IMG/VR virus record: IMGVR_UViG_3300036961_000217
Length of the DNA stretch: 33,806 nt
Direction: 5' to 3' (one strand)
Source: an uncultured virus (IMG/VR IMGVR_UViG_3300036961_000217)
Taxonomy: Duplodnaviria; Heunggongvirae; Uroviricota; Caudoviricetes
Position 1 is the first letter of the stretch, and the number at the start of each line of letters is the position of its first letter. Shown piece by piece: positions 10,601-17,872 of the stretch. The translations under genes were made by a program, and so were the position numbers. The notes below the pieces were generated by a model. It was given only the letters and a program-made list of their open reading frames with translations. It searched no databases and was not told where the DNA came from.

Positions 10601-10883
10601 TGGGCCTGGCTCTGGCAGTCCCACCACGGATGGCACCTATCAGGAACTGCTGACCTGCCAGGAAAACAAGATCGGCTTTTTTGCGGGAACCCCAGCAGTC
10701 CAGCAAGTGCTGGCAGCTTACACGTCCGACCCGGAGAGCTCGGCCTACACCACCACCGGGAGTGGATCGGACATTGCCAGCAAGGCCGACCTGAACACTT
10801 TGCGCGCGGCCTATGAGACCCTCCGGGCAATGTGCGAGGATCTGCGCACAAAGCTCTTGGCTACCACCTTGATCAGATCTTAG
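4674..10883 (+). CDS. Tip attachment/host specificity protein, lambda gpJ-like central tail fibre, with tandem repeats and a long fibre-like C-terminus
   Basis: Gly-rich N-terminus, EVLCEGPI.GL, WTDNPAW, RFGLG, AKYCD, GCNSYSQAVRYGRW, FN3-like segments. Fibre-type C-terminal motifs (GTSSYAARRDHVH, TAAGRALLDDANAADQRTTLGLG). Confidence 0.92.
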   Translation: MISGGGGGGKGGGGRGGGGSGPVRASSRKADPYRQSLRSHAVAEVVEVLCEGPILGLAAEVDEGEASRGKSIAFDDTPLMSANGSENFTGCSVRLRTGTANQNPIKTNYGISTTISFDPPPELTEVGVTREINLPDADSLKILLYAPAFYGQKKRDGSFYDASVWFSILVNGYQAYHTGFSGQTTGAYQRQYELSNLQQFGSNPWTIQIVLDKGYHHSNQTYRKDRIYWTGVVGVTGEQFSWPYVAHTSIRVGAKQFGGNVPSRAYEIYGYAKCPMPNVYDPNSTDENRFSGSWDGETWKYEWTDNPAWCWLTMLTNERFGLGVSIDDLGILKWQLCKIAKYCDGFLTGTTERRWTFNAVIQTQEEAYHMLNSMASAFLAYPIWASNEVLIMQDAPDDPDNPADVNPTHIANQANVAGGSFNYSGSAINARHTVARITWNDPDDFGRPAIAYYENVQGIKRYGWRPKDVVAMGCNSYSQAVRYGRWVIDTELNAGDVVTFVGDMSFGDCAPGCRFAVMDPHFADARFGGRLVSATSDESNTYLTLDAEVTLAVDTTYTIHFVMPMDSESIPDERQDQSTQIVSETILNSPQTTNTLTIALQSSLPEANAYWYISEPNLNPRYFTCIANEPQEGMQYKITGLYHDYSKYGRIYDDVIIPVAPESYVPSGIVAAPTNFTATEYSYESGNNWRPGVALAWSHIDDARVMYYQVDRKRLDADEEKTHWHNIGDTEDCSFNIEPCRAGNWSFRVRGMGVLNGEWAEIESFTVIGKTVDPPDVKNVRVRGGGTTFSTRALHLEWDTVIGEDYMPESRFLHYQVNVYDTDDNLKLIRRVQEEYVKINFSELNEHFSQALAQLKVSVVAVDIYRNKSENPTVITVTCALPPDVENLRVRGGGTTFSTRALHLAWRTVIGRGIPESRFLHYRIDIYDTDDNLKLTRTVTEEYVKITFSELNEHFGSALTQLKVSVVAVDIYYNESENPTVITVTCAVPPDVDNLRVRGGGTTFSTRALHLEWDTVIGEDDMPEPRFLHYKVNVYDTDDNLKLTRTVTEEYVKITFSELNEHFGQTLTQLKVSVVAVDIYHNESETPTVITATCALPPDVDNLRVRGGGTTFSTRALHLVWGTVIGRGIPGPRFLHYRIDIYDTDDNLKLTRTVTEEYVKITFSELNEHFGSALTQLKVSVVAVDIYHNESETPTVITVTCALPPDVDNLRVKGGGTTFADRDCHLEWTDVVDSAAMLAGKFKRYRINIYDTDNNLKWTRFSTKNEYSFTRGMNLKAFGGLRRTFKVGLVAVDIYGRISASETVITVSNPPPDMSAFTPTIKELTTGLRIVWKDWNDASDPDLKQFRIYCDTNNPPTTLVARVAANRDRYKHDDGIKSYASHYVKIVPYDEFGEGIGSIVAASTGQDVDIDKPIEIASSGKLIAGEVTGARVEYSSEALAGYSDETTKEFEISSTDGKIKAGGGAVTIGANGVSIKMGSQSSNSLAWMSEACIASGTDGAEYTCIKNHIASTVNKPVTGANWSTYWENTGESSLVGWYEGRYYHVAGLDAAAILLANDDDYAMTSLETRGDLIGADSLTRVLARCGSGQKAQVILRVNDSWIELTDEDGDVLLDLKNIPLTTAAQITSTKATGAPFVIESATVCTNLNADMVDGKHAGGANGLATLGAGGLVPTSQLGTGTADNTVFLRGDGTWQATGAGASFNDAEGDPAKIGTAADGTSSYAARRDHVHACDDATTSVKGLASFSSTYFDVTTGVVSIKAAGVPYARIQNVSATDKILGRVSAGAGSIEEITCTAAGRALLDDANAADQRTTLGLGSANDVYHNAVFCGSTHPATMSNGGFSIKGSAGTWTFGYAFLGSAGTHIGTFGAYGSSDTLTRYYLGIYNTGELLSVTSTGLVGIGVMAPTYNLEIGCGDARHFGVQRQTASNTGGNNLNIYGGSATVAATNKNGGSLRLRPGLCTGSGYGQVQIYGCLGPGSGSPTTDGTYQELLTCQENKIGFFAGTPAVQQVLAAYTSDPESSAYTTTGSGSDIASKADLNTLRAAYETLRAMCEDLRTKLLATTLIRS
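6993..8603 (+). repeat. Five in-frame tandem repeats (324/321/324/321/321 bp) in gpJ
   Basis: Units start at PPD codons 6993, 7317, 7638, 7962 and 8283, with consensus PPDV.NLRVRGGGTTFSTRALHL.W...YDTDDNLKL...VVAVDIY. Units 1-4 are highly similar in DNA; unit 5 is diverged. Confidence 0.95.
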
Positions 10884-10892
10884 GAGGTTGAG

Positions 10893-11162
10893 ATGAACAG
10901 TTCCGAGAAACACAATGAGATTCTTCGTATCAGGCGGGCAGCAACCGGTTTGACCAATGCCCTGGAAGAGCTCCAGGCGGCAAAGATCAATTGGACCTAC
11001 CTCGATATGGGAAATGTTTTGGCCGATAACGATTTCATCGAACAAAACAGCGGTCTTACCGTAACCGACCTGGCCAACGTGGTCGGCACCACCCTGACCG
11101 CTATCGAGGCCCTACTGGCACAGGGGCACGGCACCAACCTTTACAAGATCCGAATCAGATAG
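10893..11162 (+). CDS. Hypothetical protein (possible tail fibre accessory)
   Basis: AGGAGG RBS, directly after gpJ, 89 aa. Confidence 0.7.
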   Translation: MNSSEKHNEILRIRRAATGLTNALEELQAAKINWTYLDMGNVLADNDFIEQNSGLTVTDLANVVGTTLTAIEALLAQGHGTNLYKIRIR

Positions 11163-11171
11163 GAGATTTTC

Positions 11172-11408
11172 ATGCACTTGGACGCAATTCGAGTTGAGGC
11201 CCACTACAGCGCCCTGCTGGCCGAACGAAGCAACATGATCGTCAGCCTGGTCGGTCAAATCGAGGAATTGCAAGCCAGAATTGCCGACCTGGAGCAGCAG
11301 GTGGCGCAAGCCAAAGACGGCACGCCTGACACGGTCGCCCAACTAGACAGCGATACCACCCGCAAGCGTCAAGACAGGCCCAAGCCGACTGCCCAAGAGG
11401 CATCGTAG
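11172..11408 (+). CDS. Hypothetical coiled-coil protein (possible fibre chaperone)
   Basis: AGGAG RBS and heptad-like IEELQARIADLEQQV. Last gene of the + block. Confidence 0.65.
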   Translation: MHLDAIRVEAHYSALLAERSNMIVSLVGQIEELQARIADLEQQVAQAKDGTPDTVAQLDSDTTRKRQDRPKPTAQEAS

Positions 11409-11610
11409 CCTGCCTGATGTTTCAACTGATATGTCAATCTCACCACCAGGAGCCATGACATGAGCCCATAACGCAGCCTCATCACCCGGCATCTCCCACG
11501 CCACCACAGGCGTGACGGGCCTCCCACCATTGGCCTGCCGGGAGCCATAGCCATCCCACCCAATCAGCCAAAAGCATCCCTGCCAAGCAGCACGCTACAC
11601 CCTCTGCGAC

Positions 11611-12669
11611 TCAATACTCAAATGGAAGTTCTTTGCGCTGGAACCCAGCCGCTCCCAAGTGGCCACCGCCACCGAAAGACTTAGCGATTGCCCCGCAGTC
11701 AACGTCAGGTTTGGTACTGTAGAGGCTGACGTCCCAGAGCTTGTCTGGGCGGCGAACAAAAGGGATCATGAGGTCGTAGGGCTCTATGTAGCCGGTGCCT
11801 TTGCAGACTGGGCATGGTTCCATTTTGCTCTCACGTGTGTCAGATCTTACTGACAATACAGGCTCGCCCTCACAGTAGCACTTCCTCCTCCACACCGAAT
11901 CAAACACCTTGCTGTCGGTATCGCCGAGATTGACGGCGATGGCACTATATTCAGGACGAACTTTTAATGTTTTATCTTCCGGTTTTGGGACTTGGAGGAT
12001 CGTTTCAAACGCATACGTCTTCACATATTTCGCTTTGTTAGCTTCGTCGTAGCGAAGGAGGAGACGGCCCTCTTCGATAAAATTGGTCATTGATTTTCCT
12101 ACCCATGAATACTCTAGGTGGCTTATATAGAAAAAAGAATACCACCACTTTCCAGAACTATCCCAATCCTTCGGGTCCAAATCTTCCATCCTCATTCGCA
12201 TCTGGAATGGCAGAACCATGTCCTCAAGTTCGTGGCCATGATACGTCCAGGAATCGTAAAGACTGAGCAGTTTGACGGCCAACGGAACCGGACGATTGGG
12301 GAACAGGTATTCCCAAGTGAGTTCGCAGGCAGCTTTGGATACACCTGTCCTGCCATAAGGATAACATCCAATATCCTCCATAGCTTTTATTGCCGATACA
12401 TGATGGTCTATCCAACACAGATTACCATCCCGGTCATGCTCTTTTTCTTCGTCACTCCTTAGCACTTCATACAGTTTCAACATTTGATGTTCCGGCTGCA
12501 AACAGAAGTCCACCATAAAGACTTCATCGTCTTCCGCAATCTCGCCCCAAGGAAACTCATCTCCGTAGTTGATTGGATACATCACCGCTTCGGGGAATCG
12601 ATACTTTACGATTGCACCTGAGCAGTAGCCGTCAAGATCCTGGTTGTGGTAGAAGACTCTAATTGTCAT
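11611..12669 (-). CDS. DHH-family phosphoesterase with DHHA1 domain
   Basis: Motifs YH..DLDG, VDF, WIDHH, AACELTW and terminal SLYS...AKSFGGGGHLGAAGF. Confidence 0.9.
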   Translation of the reverse strand: MTIRVFYHNQDLDGYCSGAIVKYRFPEAVMYPINYGDEFPWGEIAEDDEVFMVDFCLQPEHQMLKLYEVLRSDEEKEHDRDGNLCWIDHHVSAIKAMEDIGCYPYGRTGVSKAACELTWEYLFPNRPVPLAVKLLSLYDSWTYHGHELEDMVLPFQMRMRMEDLDPKDWDSSGKWWYSFFYISHLEYSWVGKSMTNFIEEGRLLLRYDEANKAKYVKTYAFETILQVPKPEDKTLKVRPEYSAIAVNLGDTDSKVFDSVWRRKCYCEGEPVLSVRSDTRESKMEPCPVCKGTGYIEPYDLMIPFVRRPDKLWDVSLYSTKPDVDCGAIAKSFGGGGHLGAAGFQRKELPFEY

Positions 12670-12728
12670 GTCCTATCTCCTTCAAAGCAGTCAACCCACC
12701 GTGCCTGTAGATTGCTGTTCTAGACGAT

Positions 12729-12760
12729 ATGACCATTGATAGGATTTCATCAATGGCCAT
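12729..12760 (-). promoter_or_regulatory. 12-bp inverted repeat (possible terminator, processing hairpin or operator) between HU and DHH genes
   Basis: + strand ATGACCATTGAT-N8-ATCAATGGCCAT. The single mismatch is a G-U pair in the - strand RNA. No poly-U tail. Confidence 0.45.
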
Positions 12761-12792
12761 TTATCTGGATTAAATTATGTCTTGGTACGACC

Positions 12793-13095
12793 CTACTTGT
12801 TAATCTCTTTCTTGAGAGCTTGAGAGATTTTAAATTTAATCACATTCTTATCTGGGACATCGACAGGTTCACCAGTTCTTGGGTTTCGACCAACATGAGC
12901 CTCCCTAACAGAGACAACGAAAGTACCTAGACCAGTCATTCTCACATCATTTTCTGTATATAACAATTCATCAACAATAGCGTCCATTGCCGCATCAATA
13001 ATTTCAGTTGTTTCCTTGAGCTTATACCCAGTCTTGCTTGCCACAATCCTTGCGATATCCTTCATAGTGGTTATATTGCTAGTCAAAGTAGCCAT
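12793..13095 (-). CDS. hup: HU/IHF-family DNA-binding protein
   Basis: GLGTFVVSVREAHVGRNPRTGEPVDVP arm motif, 100 aa. Confidence 0.93.
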   Translation of the reverse strand: MATLTSNITTMKDIARIVASKTGYKLKETTEIIDAAMDAIVDELLYTENDVRMTGLGTFVVSVREAHVGRNPRTGEPVDVPDKNVIKFKISQALKKEINK

Positions 13096-13105
13096 TTTTT
13101 TCCTT

Positions 13106-13678
13106 TCATTTTAATTCAAATAATTTATCTGCAGACGAAATGAATTCTGGAATATGCGTCGTCATTATTACTTGAATTCCAAGCTTTTCTGACAACATCT
13201 TAATCATTTCGGCTGCTTTAGGTTGGTAGTTCCTAGAAAGATTCTTCATCGGTTCGTCTAAAATTAAAATTCTCCTGGATTGACTTAGCATAACGAAAGC
13301 CAATCTTAAAGAGAAACTGATAACGTCTAAAACCCCTCCTCCAACACTATCTGATGGAACCATCTTCTCTCCATTGCTTTCTAAGAAAAGATCACATTCC
13401 ATCTTATTTCTTCTCTTGACAAACTCAATTTTAAAATCATATGGTTCATCGAAGATAGCGTTTAAGGCCAGAGATACAATTCTACCTATGTTTTGCTCGA
13501 TTGACTTTTGAGTGTCTTGAGCAACATGGAATAAAATCTCTCTAGCCTTAATTGCCGCAGAATGTCGAGACTCGTATTTCTTCCTCTTTGATACGAGTTT
13601 ATCTGCTGACTCACAAAGAATATCCCTGCGAGTCAGCAGTTCATCGACTTTCCTCCTCAATTCCTTGCTATGCAGCAT
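13106..13678 (-). CDS. SbcC/Rad50-like ATPase, C-terminal half
   Basis: Coiled coil, signature-like SVGGG, Walker B ILILDEP and H-loop MTTH. No Walker A. Confidence 0.85.
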   Translation of the reverse strand: MLHSKELRRKVDELLTRRDILCESADKLVSKRKKYESRHSAAIKAREILFHVAQDTQKSIEQNIGRIVSLALNAIFDEPYDFKIEFVKRRNKMECDLFLESNGEKMVPSDSVGGGVLDVISFSLRLAFVMLSQSRRILILDEPMKNLSRNYQPKAAEMIKMLSEKLGIQVIMTTHIPEFISSADKLFELK

Positions 13679-14249
13679 TTGTCTCTTGTGCTTCTTCGAC
13701 AGGAGGAGCAGGCTGACGACGACGAGTTGGAGGAGTGGACTTCTTTTCCTCTACAGGAGATTTCTTCTTAGTTTCCTTCTTTTCAACAGCAGCGACAGGA
13801 GCATCTTTATTTGCAGCTTTCTTTGCAGCAGAGTAAGCCAAAAGACCAGCAGGGACACCACGCTTCTTAGCTGCCTTACTCCTCTTTTTCTTAAGAGACA
13901 GGCAGGAAAACTTCTGAGTCTTCTTAAATCCCCACTTCGCCTTGTACTTCTCCATGGTGAGCTTGTGAAACTTCAGATGCTTTCCGGTCAACTGAGACAT
14001 CTTGGCCCCACATTCCAGACAAACCACGAAGTCATCCTGAATGCAATTATCCTTAGTCCATTCCTCTTTTACCTCTTCCTCCATAGCAGGCTCAACAACT
14101 CGTTTGTAGCTGACAACAAAGTCATCGATCAGCGTGGGGATCGAGAAGGACGAAGGATTGTGATTCTGTACTGCTGCCATAGCCAAATCAAACACCATCT
14201 TCTCTACGCTCATGTCTACCCCTTCTGCTTTTACGCAATCTTCACTCAT
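13668..14249 (-). CDS. mucR: Ros/MucR-family transcriptional regulator with Lys/Pro-rich tail
   Basis: IQDDFVVCLECG..MSQL..KHL..H.LT.EKYKAKWG zinc finger, then KRSKAAKKRG. AAGGA RBS before ATG 14249. Confidence 0.85.
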   Translation of the reverse strand: MSEDCVKAEGVDMSVEKMVFDLAMAAVQNHNPSSFSIPTLIDDFVVSYKRVVEPAMEEEVKEEWTKDNCIQDDFVVCLECGAKMSQLTGKHLKFHKLTMEKYKAKWGFKKTQKFSCLSLKKKRSKAAKKRGVPAGLLAYSAAKKAANKDAPVAAVEKKETKKKSPVEEKKSTPPTRRRQPAPPVEEAQETNAA

Positions 14250-14499
14250 AAAGTTCCTTTCTGATTTTTTCATACTGAACATTTATTTTCTTTTCCAATT
14301 TTGACAAGTGGGCCTCAAGGTCGTTCAGTTCTTTTCTTGCCTCCTTCAAGTTATCGATTCCAAACTTCTCTTTAAGCTCCCTCATCTTTGAGTCCAACTG
14401 CCCTTGTTGATAGGACAGTTGTTGTTTAGACGTTTCAATCATAGCATACTTTTTGTCAAGTTCGTCTTTTATTTTATCGATTTCAATTTTTTTTTGCAT
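14242..14499 (-). CDS. Hypothetical coiled-coil protein in the SbcCD cluster
   Basis: 85 aa, charged heptads, TAATG-coupled to the SbcD stop. Confidence 0.7.
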   Translation of the reverse strand: MQKKIEIDKIKDELDKKYAMIETSKQQLSYQQGQLDSKMRELKEKFGIDNLKEARKELNDLEAHLSKLEKKINVQYEKIRKELYE

Positions 14500-15416
14500 T
14501 ATGTCGTTTCCAATCCTTCTAGGCATTCGTAAATTATTGAACTAACATCCTTTTCGATGTTCGAGTCTCTACTTACAAAATCGATGATATTGGAGACATA
14601 GTTCATTGGTTGATGGTTCGAAACAGATGGCAAACTCGAAACGAACTCTTCAAGAGCCTTGTTCTCTTCTTTCTCCTTCTCCACAGCTCCAAGATCAAAT
14701 ACTTGTTTGGCTGGAAGAATCGGGATGAAAACCTGTTCGTAAGAAAGGTCGTCAGTTTCGATATCGAAGAAACATGGCTTGTGATTGATCTGATCTATCT
14801 TAGACCTTCCCAACGATCCGGCATTCAATAAAATTCTTCCTTCGTACTCTGCGGTAAATGAGTGGTGATTGTCGCCACTGATAACGATGTCGTATTCTGG
14901 ATGCTCCTTCAAGAAATCTATAGCTCCAGAATATTTTACATGACCATTCCAGTAGTCTTTATCTGAAATCATCTTGTGTATCACGAGACATTTTTTTGCC
15001 TCCGATTCAGAAGTCACTGGAACTTTAGACCCGAAATTACAACCGTAACATTCCAAATTATTGTCTGATGAATACAGAGGCTTGTTACCTAGTAATTCAA
15101 TAACTCCTGATGCACGAAGAACTTGCAGTGGGGAATTGTCTTCTGATCGGTAGACCTGATCGTGATTTCCAATTACTGATAGGATATATGTTTTGTTCAT
15201 TACATAAAATAAATTGATTGCAGTAGAAATTAATCTATTACTAGCTTTATGCGTATCAAAAATGTCTCCTGGAAAAATGATACACACATCATAATAACGA
15301 CTTGCATAGTCTAAAATAAATTCAATCTTAGATGTTAATGCTTTAGGATAATCGTCTTTTCTTCGTTTCGGATTTGATTCGACTAGATGCAAATCTCCAC
15401 ATGCTATGATACGCAA
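14499..15416 (-). CDS. SbcD/Mre11-like metallophosphoesterase nuclease
   Basis: Motifs GDLH, GDIFD, GNHD, SGDNH, NAGSL.R. TTG start with AGGAG RBS. Confidence 0.9.
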   Translation of the reverse strand: MRIIACGDLHLVESNPKRRKDDYPKALTSKIEFILDYASRYYDVCIIFPGDIFDTHKASNRLISTAINLFYVMNKTYILSVIGNHDQVYRSEDNSPLQVLRASGVIELLGNKPLYSSDNNLECYGCNFGSKVPVTSESEAKKCLVIHKMISDKDYWNGHVKYSGAIDFLKEHPEYDIVISGDNHHSFTAEYEGRILLNAGSLGRSKIDQINHKPCFFDIETDDLSYEQVFIPILPAKQVFDLGAVEKEKEENKALEEFVSSLPSVSNHQPMNYVSNIIDFVSRDSNIEKDVSSIIYECLEGLETT

Positions 15417-15425
15417 AATTTTCTC

Positions 15426-16562
15426 CTATTCCATCAAAATTGATTTCATTATTGATATGTCTGCCTTGTTGCCGCACATTGGACATATCGGATTTTGCTC
15501 AAATAATTTTATGTATTCTTTTATATTGGCATCCCTTTCCTTGGCATGGTTTTCTAATGCTTCTGTAATATATAGCACATCTTCTATAATTAAATCAAGA
15601 GAATCAAACTTAGATAGAGTTAGATCATATTCTTCTATCATTTCATATACAGGTTTAAGCTTTTCCCATTCAAGTATCAAATCCTGTGTTTCATTGACAT
15701 CGCATTGTCTTAGTCCTACAATTTCCACCTCTTTGTATAGGTCTTCATAATCTTCCTTGTAATCAAGGTATTCTTGTATGCTTTTTGAAAGATCTTTTAA
15801 TTGCTTCTCTATCTTTAGATCGTCTTTGGAAGATTTGATCAGTCCCTCAATATCTTCTATATAACTAATATAATCTTCCAGAAAAGCAATGTCATCAAGT
15901 AAAGTTGAATATTCAACTTCCCACTTCTCAAGTTCTTTAAGTTCATTGTCTGTATTGTCTATAAATTGTAATTGACATATTTCTTCTCGTACAGATTCGA
16001 GTTCCTTACTTGTCTCTTCCAATTTACTTTTAGCTTCAGATATTATTCCATCGCATCTTTTTCTAACAATGTCTATTGAATCAAGGTTTGTCAGTTCATT
16101 GATCTTTCTTGCTACCTCTCCAGGAGAATCGGTCAAAAGAAATAAAGGATCGTGTTGATTTTGAACACTATATTGAGAAATGTTGATGAGTTTCGAAACC
16201 TTCTCTGGAACATCTCGATTTAGGGCAGAAAGGAATTCTGACTTTCCATTGACTTGGACCAGATATCCATTCTGTCCATTACTTAATTCGTCTCTTGCTC
16301 GTGATACTTCATCCTCTTCAAAGCAAAGAGAATACTGCGTGACTTCTGATTTAGCTATTGGGCGATTTCCATCTCCTGATTTTCGTGGATCATGTCTTAA
16401 AGCCGCCCATGATCCACGATTATCTTTGACCCAAGTGAAGCCACGGAGGATTGAAGTCTTTCCACTGTCCGTTGGAGCATGAATTACATTTACACCAGGA
16501 TCTAAATCAAGATTAAGAGATCGGTGTATTTGCAAGTTCCGTATTTTTATTTTCGATATCAT
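15426..16562 (-). CDS. SbcC/Rad50-like ATPase, N-terminal half ending in a zinc hook
   Basis: IKIRNLQIH start, Walker A APTDSGKTS, Q-loop QNQHD, acidic coiled coil, terminal CPMCG. Confidence 0.85.
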   Translation of the reverse strand: MISKIKIRNLQIHRSLNLDLDPGVNVIHAPTDSGKTSILRGFTWVKDNRGSWAALRHDPRKSGDGNRPIAKSEVTQYSLCFEEDEVSRARDELSNGQNGYLVQVNGKSEFLSALNRDVPEKVSKLINISQYSVQNQHDPLFLLTDSPGEVARKINELTNLDSIDIVRKRCDGIISEAKSKLEETSKELESVREEICQLQFIDNTDNELKELEKWEVEYSTLLDDIAFLEDYISYIEDIEGLIKSSKDDLKIEKQLKDLSKSIQEYLDYKEDYEDLYKEVEIVGLRQCDVNETQDLILEWEKLKPVYEMIEEYDLTLSKFDSLDLIIEDVLYITEALENHAKERDANIKEYIKLFEQNPICPMCGNKADISIMKSILME

Positions 16563-16713
16563 CAAACACCTTTATGACATGTTTATCTAAATGTCGTTTA
16601 ATTATGTTTCCATCTTTGACTTTAACCTTAATAGTTTTATCATTGATGCTTTGAATAATTCCACTCTTAGTGGACGTTCCCAATCTAAAAACTGCCACGT
16701 CACCTATTCTCAT
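16513..16713 (-). CDS. Hypothetical small protein (SH3/KOW-like pattern)
   Basis: GGAG RBS and MRIGD.A.F...GII..I....IKVK pattern. Confidence 0.55.
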   Translation of the reverse strand: MRIGDVAVFRLGTSTKSGIIQSINDKTIKVKVKDGNIIKRHLDKHVIKVFDDIENKNTELANTPIS

Positions 16714-16739
16714 ATCAACTCCAAATCCCTAAATTGTAT

Positions 16740-17336
16740 TTAGTTCCTATTTGCATTTTTATTTTCCCTATTCCACAAAGTTTGTATGATTTTAGGATGT
16801 AGCCATTCAAGAAAATGATCCAAAGTCATTGTCCTAGTAACTTCCTCCCCCTTTCTAATTGCTATCATCGGCCAATCTTCATTAAACTTGCCAATATAGT
16901 CAAACAATTTTAAATAAAAGCTATATCTGATTGTAGCGAGTGGCATCTTATGGTTCCTGTTTGTTATCAGAATCGGTTCTTTTCCCCATCCTGCTAACGC
17001 AGCCTTAGCAGCGTCATTCGACACTTTCATCCAAAACTTCCAGAAGAGATTATCTGATTTGGCATCAATTAGAGACATCATATCTAGGTCTTTGGTATAT
17101 CCCTTTTTTAATTCAAATGTACAAATTCTCAGTAGAGCTTCTCCAGAGGGGTCTAAAAGTCCTATGTCTCCATACGAAACTCCACCCAAGATTGTCGTAC
17201 TTCTTGTCGCCCTTCCTCCAGACCCGGATACTCTCCAGAAGACATCCTTATTATTGCCATCCGACCACCACAATGATAATTGCTTGGCTACTTTTCTCTC
17301 GAATCCAAACCCCTTCGCAGATGGATTTTTAGTCAT
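16740..17336 (-). CDS. Holliday junction resolvase, Hjc-like PD-(D/E)xK nuclease
   Basis: KGFGFERKVAKQL...RVSGSGG...GDI...FELKKGY. Confidence 0.75.
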   Translation of the reverse strand: MTKNPSAKGFGFERKVAKQLSLWWSDGNNKDVFWRVSGSGGRATRSTTILGGVSYGDIGLLDPSGEALLRICTFELKKGYTKDLDMMSLIDAKSDNLFWKFWMKVSNDAAKAALAGWGKEPILITNRNHKMPLATIRYSFYLKLFDYIGKFNEDWPMIAIRKGEEVTRTMTLDHFLEWLHPKIIQTLWNRENKNANRN

Positions 17337-17700
17337 CTCCTAGAAATCCTTTCGGGTCTATTAGTTTTGATCGTTTGGTCAATACTCTCAGGAATTCTGG
17401 AAACGTGTCTTGGCTCGTATATTCGTCATGTTCTTCAATTACATAGGCAATTCTTAATGCGTCTTTTTCAATTTGTTCGTAGCTACATCTTGTACATGAC
17501 CATGGCTGATTCCTACAATCTCCAGAATGCGGCTGATTTACAGAGTAAACGAAATCTTCTAACCATTTTTCATACAACCTTCGAATGTCGTTATCGTCTA
17601 AATCGGCCCAATATTCATACTCGTCTAGCCACGTTTCTAGAAATAAAGCAAATGCAATTGCCTTAGATATCAACAGTATTCTTTGCGATCTTTCTTCCAT
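17329..17700 (-). CDS. Hypothetical protein
   Basis: AAGGA RBS before ATG 17700. HSGDC..PWSCTRC possible metal site. Confidence 0.6.
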   Translation of the reverse strand: MEERSQRILLISKAIAFALFLETWLDEYEYWADLDDNDIRRLYEKWLEDFVYSVNQPHSGDCRNQPWSCTRCSYEQIEKDALRIAYVIEEHDEYTSQDTFPEFLRVLTKRSKLIDPKGFLGDD

Positions 17701-17863
17701 TGTATTGTTTCCTTCGTTCTTTTTCATGAGCTTCCTCATCTTCAAAGAGTTTTTTGACGACTTCCAATGTTTCATTCAATGTCTTATATGATGATTTTTT
17801 ATATTCGCCAGTACTAATAATGTATCCATTAAGTATCTTCTCTATTCTTATTTGTCTAGCCAT
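17663..17863 (-). CDS. Hypothetical protein
   Basis: AGGA RBS and IRIEKILNGYII start. Confidence 0.6.
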   Translation of the reverse strand: MARQIRIEKILNGYIISTGEYKKSSYKTLNETLEVVKKLFEDEEAHEKERRKQYNGRKIAKNTVDI

Positions 17864-17872
17864 TTTATATTC

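Noticed and set aside
8688..11045. Long alternative-frame and antisense ORFs (250, 254, 159 aa) in the gpJ 3' part
   Set aside because: Expected from stop-codon scarcity in GC-rich coding DNA.
11409..11610. Gene, terminator or ncRNA in the convergent intergenic gap
   Set aside because: Only short implausible ORFs and weak hairpins without a U-tract; nothing supportable.
13665..14264. 199-aa + strand ORF
   Set aside because: Antisense shadow of mucR.
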